64,000 bases of DNA from an uncultured delta proteobacterium (GTDB lineage: Bacteria > Desulfobacterota > Binatia > UBA9968). The DNA lies in contig CAVTUQ010000028.1 of the NCBI GenBank assembly GCA_963737905.1, forward strand, positions 64,001 to 128,000, written 5' to 3'. Numbering within the stretch: position 1 is the first letter of the stretch; each line of letters starts with the position of its first letter. Shown piece by piece: positions 44,376 to 54,430 of the stretch. The notes under the pieces are model-generated. The model made no database searches. It was not told the origin of the DNA and saw only the letters and a program-made list of their open reading frames with translations. The translations under genes and the position numbers were made by a program.

Positions 44376-47300
44376 TTACTTGTCCGAGGTTTTCGAAACG
44401 CTTGGGAAACGCGTCTGTATATATTGCTCGGCGCTTTCCGGCGCGAGCCGTACGCTCCCTGGCCCGCTGCGGACGTAGAACTCTCCCTTGTCTCCCTCCG
44501 CCATTTCTTTGGTCTTCATGAACACTGGTTCGGGACTCCGCTGGCAAGTTACTACGCACACCGTTTTGCCCTTGACTATTTGCATCCGAGGATCGACACA
44601 GGTCCCCGCTCGGTCTCCTAGGGCATTGCGCACCACCTGGCTCAGGTGCAGCATAAACTTGTCCTCGTTTTCGAAAGCATCCACTTCGATCCCGAGAACC
44701 GAGCGGTCATCCGAAACCCCAATGAGAACGTCTCCGCCCTCCGTATTGAGAAAAGCGGCAATCGTCTTGATAACTGCATTTGTGACTGCCGGGTCCTTAC
44801 GGTTCTCCTTCAAGTTCCAGCGCAACGTTGACTTGAATTCCAACGTCTTGGACTCGTGCTGCTTGAGCAGTTCAGCAGCCTGCCGGTGACTCCTGAGATA
44901 GATATCGAACAAAAGGTTCTTGATCGATTCGCCGAACACCCGGTCATCGGTGATCCTTTTGTAGAGATCAAAGTTGGAGTCAACGATCTCCTGGATCACG
45001 TCATCCACCTTCTGATCAAAAGTAAGGCGGACATTCTCACAGGTGTTGACCCGGGCGCTGGCGTCCAATGCCACGTCTTGATCTAGCTTGGTCATCATCT
45101 GACCGAGGGTGGCCCTGTGTTCCTCTCCGAGATGAAGGCCGAAACGCTCGTTTAGCTCTGCAACAATCTGCGAAAGCGGTTCTAGCTCCTCCGCTCCAGG
45201 TCCGTAATGTTCCTTGCTCTTTTGTGGTTGGAGCTGGCCAGCCTGCCGCTCTAGCTTGATCGGACCGCTTGAGGTCTGCTGAATACGGTATGACTCCATG
45301 TCGATTTTCTGCTGGACTTCACGCGGCAACTCGTCAGGATCAACCGGCAGTAGCCGGCGCAGATAGCGACTGAATTGGTAAAGCTTTTCCAAATCGGCAT
45401 CGGCAAAGGTCAGGATCTGCGAGAGGAAGGCGTAAAGCCGTACATAGTCTTTAAGCTGGCCGCGAAAATCGATCTTCTCTTCTTCCGGAAGCTCGTCAAA
45501 TCTTTGCCGAGCCGGTTCCAAAACGGCATAAATTTGATCCTGGCTCGCCTTCGGGTCGAAGTAGACTTTCGCGAAGGCCTCGACATCAGCTTCGACGAAG
45601 ACCTCAAACCCCCTCAAGCGGTTCTGGATTTCGTATAAGAGATTTGGGTCGGTTGCCTCCGATAGAATGGTTGTCTCGTAGTACGGCTCAAACGCTTTGC
45701 GGATTTCTTCGGCGTCATTGGCAAAATCCAGCACCATTGTCTCGGTTTTTTCCGGGTGAGTCCGGTCAAGTCGCGATAGAGTCTGGACGGCGTTCACTCC
45801 GCCCAGCTTCTTGTCGACGTACATCGTGTGCAGCAATGGCTGGTCGAATCCGGTCTGGAACTTGTTAGCCACAATGAGGAACCGATATTCGGGCCGTTCG
45901 AAAACCTTTGCCGTCTGCTTCTCGGAGAAGCCGTTCATGTTCGGCTCCGTATAATCCATGCTCCGGTCGCGGACTGTGCCTGAGAAGGCCGCTAGCGTCT
46001 TCCACGGGTAGTTTTTCTCCCGCAGGTAAGCGTCCAATGCCAGCTTATAGCGTACCGCATGAAGCCGAGAGCGTGTCACGATCATCGCCTTAGCCTTGCC
46101 GTTTATCGCGTGCTGCGATTTATCCACGAAGTGTTCAACCATGATTTTCACTTTTTCGCCGATCGCATGCGGGTGAAGCTCGACAAACGACTTGAGGAGG
46201 TAGGCGGCTTTCGCTCGATCATACTTCGGATCGTCGGCGATCGTCTTTTGCAGTCTCCAGTAAGCTTTGTACGTTGTGTAGTTTTCCAGCACGTCAAGGA
46301 TAAATTTTTCCTCGATTGCCTGACGCATGCTGTAGAGACTGAACGGCTCAAACTTTCCATCGGTCCTTTGACTGCCGAACAACTCCAGGGTCCGAGCTTT
46401 CGGTGTGGCCGTGAAGGCGAAGAAACTCACGTTGGGTAGCCGGCCGCGCTTCTGCATTTCGGCGAGAATCCGATCTTCCAATTCTTCTTCGGGAGTCGCG
46501 GCTTCCGTTTCCTCTTTTTCCGCCTCCTCAAGACTGCCGGACGCAAGAACTGCCTTAAGACCCTTCGTGCTTTCCCCGGACTGCGAAGAGTGCGCCTCGT
46601 CAACGATCACGGCAAAACGCTTCCCCGGAAGCTCGCCGATCTGGTTCACGATCACCGGGAATTTCTGGAGGGTAGTGACGATAATAGTCTTGCCGGACTC
46701 AAGCGCCTCTTTGAGCTGGCGCGAGGTCGTGTCGATATTTTCTACTACGCCAAGAATCTGCTCGAATTGCCGCACGGTCCGTTGAAGCTGACGATCCAAA
46801 ACACGCCGGTCCGTGATGACAACGATCGAGTCGAACACCCGCCGGTCATCCGGATCATGCAGGACGGAAAGCTGGTGGGCGAGCCAAGCAATGGTGAAGC
46901 TCTTGCCGCTTCCCGCCGAATGCTGGATCAGGCAACACTGACCTGCCCCGCGACTGCGCGCGTCGCGGACCATCCCACGAACGGCATCGAGCTGATGATA
47001 ACGCGGGAAGATCAGGGACTTGCGTCCCGTCTTCCTGCCTTTCTCATCCTCATCTTCGACTTCGTGGATAAATTGACGGATAAGATCGAGCGCGCTGTCG
47101 CGTGCCCAGACGCGCTCCCACAGATAGCGGGTCGCGTATCCAGTCTGCGTCGGCGGGACCGGCGGGTTGCCTGCTCCGCCGAATCGCCCTTGGTTAAACG
47201 GTAGAAACCAGCTCTTTTCTCCAAGCAGCTGTGTCGTCACAAAGACTAGATCGGGATCGACGGCAAAGTGGGCGAGGCACCTGCCGTAAGAGAATAGGGG

Positions 47301-47900
47301 CTCGCGCGGGTCTCGAGTTTTCTTGTACTGCCGGACCGCATCCTCAACGTTTTGACCGTTGAGCGGGTTTTTCAGCTCGGCCGTGAAGATCGGAATACCG
47401 TTCAAAAACAAAACCAAGTCTAGGCTTTGCTCGGTTTTTTGGCTGTAACGAAGCTGGCGGACAGCGGTGAAAAGATTCGCCGCGTGCAAGCGCTGGAGGT
47501 CCTCGTTTAGCCCACTCGCGGGCCGGAAGTACGCAAGCTTTAACGAGCAGCCCGAGTCTTTGATCCCGTTTCGCAGCACGTCCAAGGTACCGCGCCGCTC
47601 GATCTCACTCGATAGCCGCCTTAAAAATCTTTCTTTGACCTCGCTGCCATGATGCTGCTTCAGCCGCTCCCAGATTTTTGGCTGCGTGGCGAGGATAAAA
47701 TCAATGGCCATTCCCGGATCGAGGCAAAGCTCTTTGTTGTAGTCCTCAGGTTTTCGCCTCCGGTATCCGCCAGGCGCATTCTCATACCTGTCCAAAGGCT
47801 CAACAGCGAGTCCCTCCCCTCCGGGATAAGCGTCCGGCCCGCCAGCGAGCAAAGTCGCTTCGATGCTTTGCTCCAAACTTCTCTCGGAAATATCAACCAT
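44376..47900 (-). CDS. hsdR: Type I restriction endonuclease subunit R with a C-terminal Schlafen/AlbA_2 domain
   Basis: Nuclease motif DLVLFLNGIPIFTAELKN, Walker A HSAGSGKS, DEAH, FTATP, TGFDQP and QTLSR. The last ~170 aa read ESKTLEFKST...IAAFLNTEGGDVLIGVSDD...FYVRSG. Confidence 0.93.
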   Translation of the reverse strand: MVDISERSLEQSIEATLLAGGPDAYPGGEGLAVEPLDRYENAPGGYRRRKPEDYNKELCLDPGMAIDFILATQPKIWERLKQHHGSEVKERFLRRLSSEIERRGTLDVLRNGIKDSGCSLKLAYFRPASGLNEDLQRLHAANLFTAVRQLRYSQKTEQSLDLVLFLNGIPIFTAELKNPLNGQNVEDAVRQYKKTRDPREPLFSYGRCLAHFAVDPDLVFVTTQLLGEKSWFLPFNQGRFGGAGNPPVPPTQTGYATRYLWERVWARDSALDLIRQFIHEVEDEDEKGRKTGRKSLIFPRYHQLDAVRGMVRDARSRGAGQCCLIQHSAGSGKSFTIAWLAHQLSVLHDPDDRRVFDSIVVITDRRVLDRQLQRTVRQFEQILGVVENIDTTSRQLKEALESGKTIIVTTLQKFPVIVNQIGELPGKRFAVIVDEAHSSQSGESTKGLKAVLASGSLEEAEKEETEAATPEEELEDRILAEMQKRGRLPNVSFFAFTATPKARTLELFGSQRTDGKFEPFSLYSMRQAIEEKFILDVLENYTTYKAYWRLQKTIADDPKYDRAKAAYLLKSFVELHPHAIGEKVKIMVEHFVDKSQHAINGKAKAMIVTRSRLHAVRYKLALDAYLREKNYPWKTLAAFSGTVRDRSMDYTEPNMNGFSEKQTAKVFERPEYRFLIVANKFQTGFDQPLLHTMYVDKKLGGVNAVQTLSRLDRTHPEKTETMVLDFANDAEEIRKAFEPYYETTILSEATDPNLLYEIQNRLRGFEVFVEADVEAFAKVYFDPKASQDQIYAVLEPARQRFDELPEEEKIDFRGQLKDYVRLYAFLSQILTFADADLEKLYQFSRYLRRLLPVDPDELPREVQQKIDMESYRIQQTSSGPIKLERQAGQLQPQKSKEHYGPGAEELEPLSQIVAELNERFGLHLGEEHRATLGQMMTKLDQDVALDASARVNTCENVRLTFDQKVDDVIQEIVDSNFDLYKRITDDRVFGESIKNLLFDIYLRSHRQAAELLKQHESKTLEFKSTLRWNLKENRKDPAVTNAVIKTIAAFLNTEGGDVLIGVSDDRSVLGIEVDAFENEDKFMLHLSQVVRNALGDRAGTCVDPRMQIVKGKTVCVVTCQRSPEPVFMKTKEMAEGDKGEFYVRSGPGSVRLAPESAEQYIQTRFPSVSKTSDK

Positions 47901-47949
47901 CTAATCGTGGCCTTCGTAACTGTCACTGTCCGATGTGATAGATCACCGG

Positions 47950-48144
47950 TCAGTAACGTGGTTTAGGGATTGGCTTGCCTGCCCGGCGCGCTGCTTTAAG
48001 CCACGCAGCTTTGGCGATTTCCACCTCTGCTAGAGTTTTTTCTGGAGTATCACCGAAGGCCGAACAGGCCTCGAGATCCGGAATATCGGCGATGTACCCA
48101 CCGTCCTCGTCGCTGAAAAAAATGTTGATGTGGTAATCCTTCAC
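47950..48144 (-). CDS. HicB-family antitoxin, orphan, with a premature stop near the C-terminus
   Basis: YHINIFFSDEDGGYIADIPDL..CSAFGDT...WL......GKPIPKP; TGA interrupts PRY*PVIY. Confidence 0.8.
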   Translation of the reverse strand: MKDYHINIFFSDEDGGYIADIPDLEACSAFGDTPEKTLAEVEIAKAAWLKAARRAGKPIPKPRY

Positions 48145-48188
48145 GCAAGGTATTGCAGAGGAGATGTGTTGCAGATGATCTCAGGCAA
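48141..48188 (-). pseudogene. N-terminal stub of a DUF3368/PIN toxin
   Basis: A TTG overlapping the UPF0175 stop reads MPEIICNTSPLQYLA*. NTSPL is the typical start of the PIN partner of UPF0175. Confidence 0.6.
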
Positions 48189-48432
48189 GGCGGGTCTCTT
48201 GTCGAAGCTCCTCTTCGCTCAACTTGAAAGTTTCCACTCCATAATCCGCGAGCCTCATCAAAAACACTGTTCTTGGAACTCCCGCAAGCTTCGCCGCCGC
48301 ACCCGAAGACATGCGACCGAGCTCGTATAACTTGACAGCAGCGGCAAAGCGAAGCTCAGCTCCCAGTTGGTCTGGGTTCAGCTTGAGAGCCAAGAGAGTC
48401 TCATCTGGAATCGACAAAATAATTTCGCTCAT
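48181..48432 (-). CDS. UPF0175-family antitoxin
   Basis: AAVKLYELGRMSSGAAAKLAG...F...L..YGV. Confidence 0.85.
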   Translation of the reverse strand: MSEIILSIPDETLLALKLNPDQLGAELRFAAAVKLYELGRMSSGAAAKLAGVPRTVFLMRLADYGVETFKLSEEELRQETRLA

Positions 48433-48593
48433 AACTGTTCCCCGCTGAGACGTATTCTGCCAGAACCACTAAAGATTGTCATGCGCCTTCGCTTAGCCCG
48501 GCCATCTTCATGCCGGTGTCACGATTTGCGTCCTTTTCTCTCCTCTCCGCAGTCGTTTTGACAATCATCTCAATGTTCTGAGCAGTTGCATTG

Positions 48594-48964
48594 CCGGAAA
48601 TGTAGAATGTCCCGTTTTTCAGTCCTCCACGGAGTTGGTCACCGGGATGAACCCCACAAAAGCAGTCCTTGATCCTGTTGACCTTTCGTAACCCGATGAT
48701 AGGTTGGCCTTGCCAGGGCATACGGCACGGGGCCAAGTACCAGGTAAGAGGTTGAAACAACCTGGGGCGTCAGGCCTTGTCCCAGAGAGGACCATTTAAT
48801 AATCGGCCGTCAGGCCGAGCGCCTACCTCCATTGTGCGTATCGACCCTGGCATTTTGTTTTTCGAACTCGCTGAAAAGGCCCTCTCCTGCTTCGCCAGCT
48901 CATTCCGCACGCAGTAAGTTTTGAGCACTGGTATTCCGGAAATGTAGAATGTCCCTTTTTTCAG
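48594..48964. repeat. 29-bp direct repeat pair CCGGAAATGTAGAATGTCCC(G/T)TTTTTCAG at 48594-48622 and 48936-48964
   Basis: 28/29 identical by direct comparison. Confidence 0.9.
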
Positions 48965-49049
48965 CCCCGGCATTCCCGTCACCAAACGTCGGCACTTATT
49001 AATATCTGCCGACATTCATACGCTCCGGGGCAGGATTCAATCTCAGGTT

Positions 49050-49160
49050 CAGGTGGAACGTAGGTGAGCGCCGACATCGCCCCGCACGTCGATTTTGCCG
49101 GTCACGGCAGCAGAGATGAGCGCCGTGGGGAATTTTTTCAGCTTTGATCACTTCACGCGT
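49050..49160 (-). pseudogene. Relic 3' end of a second hsdS allele
   Basis: Encodes TALISAAVTGKIDVR. Bases 49085-49127 match 50864-50906 at 38/43, and all five differences are synonymous. Confidence 0.85.
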
Positions 49161-49178
49161 CGAGAATCTCGTCCCTTT

Positions 49179-50773
49179 TTATTTCCCGCCATCTGGTCTT
49201 AAACGCTCAAACATTTCTCTATCAAATTGGTAGATCATAGAGTCCTTATAGGTTAGGCGGGTTTTTGCTTGAAGGTCTTGAAGTACCTGATGATAATTTT
49301 TGACCTCCATTGATGTGAGCGTTTCTGCGAATGATATTCCAGTCCCGAGATGAGCTTGAAGACACTGAAGTTCCTTCACGGACAAAATCCGCCACGGTAG
49401 CCCTGTTATGTTGTCGCGTTCAAGAAGGAGACGGTTGATATGATCTCGAAAGAATACAGAATTAATCAAATAAAGCGGCTCAAACGTAACAACGACGGAC
49501 TTAATTTCACTACAATGATGAAATCGTTCAAGGCCTGTTGCCTTCTCAATTACAGCTTGCCTGAACTCGTGCAATTGCCTCAAGGCTGCGAGGACTTGCT
49601 TCAGGCTGTAGTCAACCGACTCCTCAGCTCCTGTACTAAGCGCCGTCAGCGAGAAACGAGTTGCCTTGCACTCTATCAGAATAGCTATGGAACCATCCAG
49701 GACGACCCAATCTGGGACTTTGCCTGACGATTCGGGATACCTTTCGCGAATGGAGTGCTCTGATATCAAAGATTCAGAACTCACTGACGCTTCTAAAACT
49801 CGTCCTGTGTATGCTTCAAAAAGATGTCCAAAATATTCAGAAAACTCTGTACGATACCGATTGAACATTTCGTAAAAGATACCCGTTGAAGCTCGATACG
49901 CTATGAGATCGGGCAGCGGCGCAATCATCCTATCGCGCTGCATTGTTTTTGTTGAGTGATGATGCCATGGCCTGAGGATAGGGAAGGTCAAGATAGGGTT
50001 GAAATCGTATATCCGGAATCGGCGGTCTTCTTGTTTCATTTCATCGTATGTCTGTCGAAATCGACGAGGATCTGCACCTATAGAATTGAGTAAAAATGAG
50101 ATCCCCGCATCGTCTGGGAGGTTAATGCCTTGGGTGCGTGCCTTTTCGAAATAACTTCGGGTAATACCGAGTGTGTTTTTTGAGGATGAGGCAGACCATG
50201 CAACGAAACAACCGACCACAAAGTCATGTAAGGATAAGCTGGTTACATTCTCAAAGGCTTTAGAAAACTCAAACTTTGGAACTCCCTTTTTTCTACCGAC
50301 AACCTTAGGAATCTCGCCAAAAAGGAGGAGCGGCTGTCCCATCGAGGCGAACGTATCAACTTCAAATGGGAATTGACCTGCGACCGCACGGAGCATCATG
50401 AATACGGGATTGGACTGGTCAAATTTTTTTGCCACTTCCTCATCAGTAGTAATGGGATCGGCAGTCAGGAAGTCGCAAACCAAGTTATAGAGTTTAGCCA
50501 AATCGGCGAGGGTGACTTGTTTTTTAGGATACGGATCGGGACTGGAATATCTGATGCTAAAGGCAGAAATGCCAGCGGCGACGAAGGGCTGAAAACCACC
50601 GTTGGCGGGGGGAAAAACGGCATGAATTGGTGAGTGTGGGTCCTTGCTCTCCTTAATAGCTCGGTGGGACTTCGAGAAGACACCTTATCAGAAGGAAAAG
50701 ATCGGAATGTAGACCGTAGTTCTTTTTCCAACCGATCCAATTTAACTTCTTTTTGATCACAGGACGAGTCCAT
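49179..50773 (-). CDS. Uncharacterised ~530-aa protein with a C-terminal PD-(D/E)XK (NERD-like) nuclease motif; frame break near 50685
   Basis: GHLFEAY...VPDWVVLDGSIAILIECKA...RQL. The reading frame of ORF 49179-50501 stays open upstream to about 50685 and joins the ATG at 50773. The gene is AT-richer than its flanks. Confidence 0.7.
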
Positions 50774-50842
50774 CGTTCTTTATCCGTTATCCAATGGCTT
50801 TTAAGTATATTTCAGGATGTAGCGTTTTCCTTTTTTTTCAAT

Positions 50843-52239
50843 TTAGAGCGAGTTTTCGTTCCTCACGTCAATCTTGCCGGTCACGGCGGCGGAGATAAGC
50901 GCCGTGCGGTACTCTTTTAGCTTCTCGATTCCTTCGCGGACCTTGGCAATGAGGGCATCGATTGTTGCTGTCTCGTGATCGAGATGATCAATGATCAGCT
51001 TTTGCTCAGTTGTTGGCGGCACGGGTACAAGCACATTTTTCATCGTGTCAGAATAAACCACTTCTATAGTAGTAGCGTCGCTCAACAGAAAGAGTTGAGT
51101 CTGCACTAGTAAACTGTCTTGAACCAGATACTTAATGAATCTAGAAATTAATATAGTTGAATCAGGCCTAATCCGCATCAGACAAGGATGCAAAATACCG
51201 AGCTCAGCGTCCTCTGCTAGAATAAGGCATCTTCCAATTGTTCCGCGAGTGGTAAGCAAAATATCACCAGGTCCGACAGCAAATGCCCGCAACTCATCAT
51301 ACTTCGTCTTCGACACGTAATTTTCACCGATAGTCGAATCTTCATCTATCACGTTTCGCTGATTGTAAACTTTTACTTCGCCGCTGATCATCTCCGATGC
51401 GAGCAGCTGGCTTCCAAACGGGCCAGTTTTAATTGCGCCTGGTTGCCTAACTAAGAGCTTTAGTCGTTGTATCTTCCAATGCGCCGGGATTTCGCCAAGC
51501 CATTCGACGCGGGAATCTTTGATAGGCACGTTTGGGTCGAGGCCTTTTGTGACGGCGTGTGTGATGAGTGCGGCGCGCTTTTCCTGCAGCAACTCGATCA
51601 GCCGCTCTTTCTTCGCCACAAGCGCATCAACCTTCGCCGTCTCCCGATCCAACAAATCAACGATGGAGCATTGCTCATCGAGAGAGGGAATTGGAAAATA
51701 CGAGTTCACAAGCAATTCATGCTCGATACTTTCGACAGTGGCGCCTGCCTTCCGCCATTCGACGAGCAGAGCGTTTTGATGGCCGACGATCAGATACTTC
51801 AGGTAATGAGGGGTTAAACTAGACCTGGGGACGATTGCTTTCATATCCTGGTTCAACGCCACAGCCTTCGTGTTAACAGCCACAGGTATTGAATGCTTCA
51901 GGATTCCTGATCGTACCACAACGAGTACGGCGCCTTTCTGTACAAGCTGTGTCGCGCTGCCTGCCAGACCCTCTTTGGTTATATGATCCTCAGAATCGTT
52001 CACAGCCTCGCTTTTCATGTCATTTGGGTGAAATCCACGGGATATCTCCATTCCAGTATTCCAGTTTCTCCTTCGACGGTGTACCACCTCCGTGAAAACT
52101 GGCGAGGAACTTAATGCGTTTCATCTGCCAATGTTGCGGGGATTGGACCGAGCCACTTGACGCCCGAATCCTTGTAAAAGCGATAGGCTTTCCACCTGCG
52201 AACGGAAATCGGGATTTCAGCTGTAGCTTGAACGTTCAA
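50843..52239 (-). CDS. hsdS: Type I R-M specificity subunit, frameshift near 52022
   Basis: TTG 52239 overlaps the hsdM stop. Repeated conserved region KDSGVKWLGPIPQHW / KDSRVEWLGEIPAHW, GGTPSK and GPFGS TRD starts, P..EQ..I, and ALISAAVTGKIDV. Confidence 0.9.
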
Positions 52240-54297
52240 CCGGCCACCTCGCGGAGCATCTCAAGAATGTCTTTTTCAACACCTTTAATGTCCATCTCTA
52301 TTTCTTCGAGCGGGCGCGGTGGCTGATATTTGTAAAAGTAGCGGTTAAAGTTGATCTCGTAGCCAACTTTGCCGACTTCGTTATCCTTCTCGTCGCGGAT
52401 GGCTGTATTGATCCAGGCGTTAGGTACGTAAGGTTTCACTTCGCGTTCAAAGTAGGACTCGATACTTTCGGAAAGCGGCACGTTTTCGGTGTCGCGAAGC
52501 TCGGGATCGGGTTCCGGATTGTCATCACTGTCGCGGCAGATCTCGGCGGTCTCGTCGCGCTCTGAGAGGGCAGAAAGAATAGCTTTGCGAATCGGGCGCA
52601 TGCGATCTTAAGGCCGACCGCTTTCACTGCCTTGTCCAAGGCGCTCTCGAATGCGGGTCGATCCTTGAATAACGTGCCGGGCAACGTAGCAAAGCATTTT
52701 TCGGATTGCTTCCTGCTCTTTCCTGCCTTCCGCTTCTTCTTTGGCTTTCTCCTTCGCATTTTTCTTCTTGCTCACGGCGAGGTTTCGGAAAGCGGATTCC
52801 TCTTCGAGCCGGGCGATGCGCTCGGGGCTGGCTTGGAAATTCAGCCTGAGCGGACGCTCTACCGTGATCTTGCGGAAGCCGAAGTGTGTCGTTGGGAAGA
52901 TCTTGACGTGAACTCTCCTTCTTTGAAGCCGCGGAGAAGTCGAAAGGATTTGCTCTGCCTTTGTCCGGCGGGATCTCGCGGCGCTTGTCGCCGAGGCTTT
53001 TACGCATCTGCGTCCAGAAGGAAGTGGCATCAATGAGCTGAACCAGTCCTTTACGCTCCGGAGCCTTGCGGTTCGTAAGCACCCAAACGTAGGTGGCAAT
53101 GCCTGTGTTGTAAAAGAGCTGCTCCGGCAGAGCGATGAGCGCTTCAAGCCAATCGTTCTCAAGAATCCAGCGCCGGATTTCGCTCTCACCGCTGCCCGCG
53201 TCGCCGGTGAATAGCGGCGAGCCGTTCATGATGATCGCAACACGGGAGCCGCCTTCATTCGACCGGTTTCATGTGCGCGAGCATGTGTTGGAGAAAGAGG
53301 AGCTGCCCGTCGCTAATGCGCGGCAGTCCCGGCGCCGAAGCGGCCCGAAAAACCACGCTCGTGCTCGGCTTCAACCGCCTCCTGGTCGCGCTTCCAGTCT
53401 TTCCCATAGGGCGGATTGGCGATCTGATAGTCGAACGTGCGCCCCGCGTGGCGGTCATTCGACAGCGTGCTGCCGAACATGAATATTGTCGGCATCGCGA
53501 CCGGTCGGGTCTCTTCATGAAGAGGTCCGACTTGCAGACCGCAAAGGTCTCCGGATTTACTTCCTGGCCGATAAAGATGAATATCTGCGTGTGGATTGAT
53601 CCGCCCCGGTCCGCCGTTCCCAAGGATGTGATCCTTCGTGATCGTGACGCATGCCTCCAGACCCAGAGCACGGATCGCCGACGGTGATCACCGACACCCT
53701 TATGCCGGATGCGATCTTCGTCTCCCGCCAAAAGCAAGTCCACCATGAGATGAACGACATCACGAGGCGTGAAGTGTTCGCCGGGGTTTTCATTGAGGGC
53801 TTCGTTGAACTTCCGGATCAGCTCCTCGAAGATTGTCCCCATCGTCGGGTTATCGACGACATTCGGGTGGAGGTCCACGTTCTTGAAGCGCTCCAAGACC
53901 TGAAACAGCAACCCGGCTTCGTCGAGCTTGCTGATCGTGTTATCGAAATCGAATTTCTCCAAAACTTCTTGCATATTCGGGCTGAAGCCTTGATGTAGTT
54001 CCGCAGGTTTGCGGCGAGATGCGGCGCGTCCGCAAGAAGCTTCTCGAAGTCGTAGCGCGACGTGTTGTAGAAGGCGAAGCCGGAAGCTCTCCGGAGCTGC
54101 GGGTCAAGGTTTTCGAGCTTGCCCTTGAACTTGCCGACGGTTTGAAGAACTTTCTCTTTCGTAGGCGCAAGGACGCAATCGAGACGACGCAGCACGGTAA
54201 GCGGCAGAATGACGTCCTGGTACTTACCGCGTTTAAAGGTGTCGCGAATCAGATCCGCGACGCCCCAAATGAAGCTGACTATCTGGCTATGGTTCAT
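52236..54297 (-). CDS. hsdM: Type I R-M N6-adenine methyltransferase, broken by about 10 frameshifts in this assembly
   Basis: [63 protein letters not shown] and [11 protein letters not shown] occur in order across alternating frames. Confidence 0.9.
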
Positions 54298-54365
54298 GGC
54301 TAAGATACTACGCGATTTGTCGGCCGGCCGGCAAGAACAGTTTTTCACCAGTTCTGGCGAATGGG

Positions 54366-54430
54366 AGGGATCTGAGAAAGATTTCTCCCGGAGTCACGCT
54401 GAGCTTGGCCGAAGGAGTCGAAATGACAAC
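54366..54430. repeat. REP-like palindromic element at the island boundary
   Basis: AGATTTCTC...CTGAGCTTGGCCGAAGG...TCGAAATGACA. A related GTCCTGAGCCCGCCGAAGGAC core lies at about 40750-40772. Confidence 0.35.

Noticed and set aside
48594-48964. 29-bp repeat pair as a CRISPR array
   Set aside because: Only two copies, a 313-bp interval, and no cas genes.
44376-54430. R-M island as a prophage or integrative element
   Set aside because: No integrase, transposase, tRNA target or flanking att-type direct repeat was found by eye.
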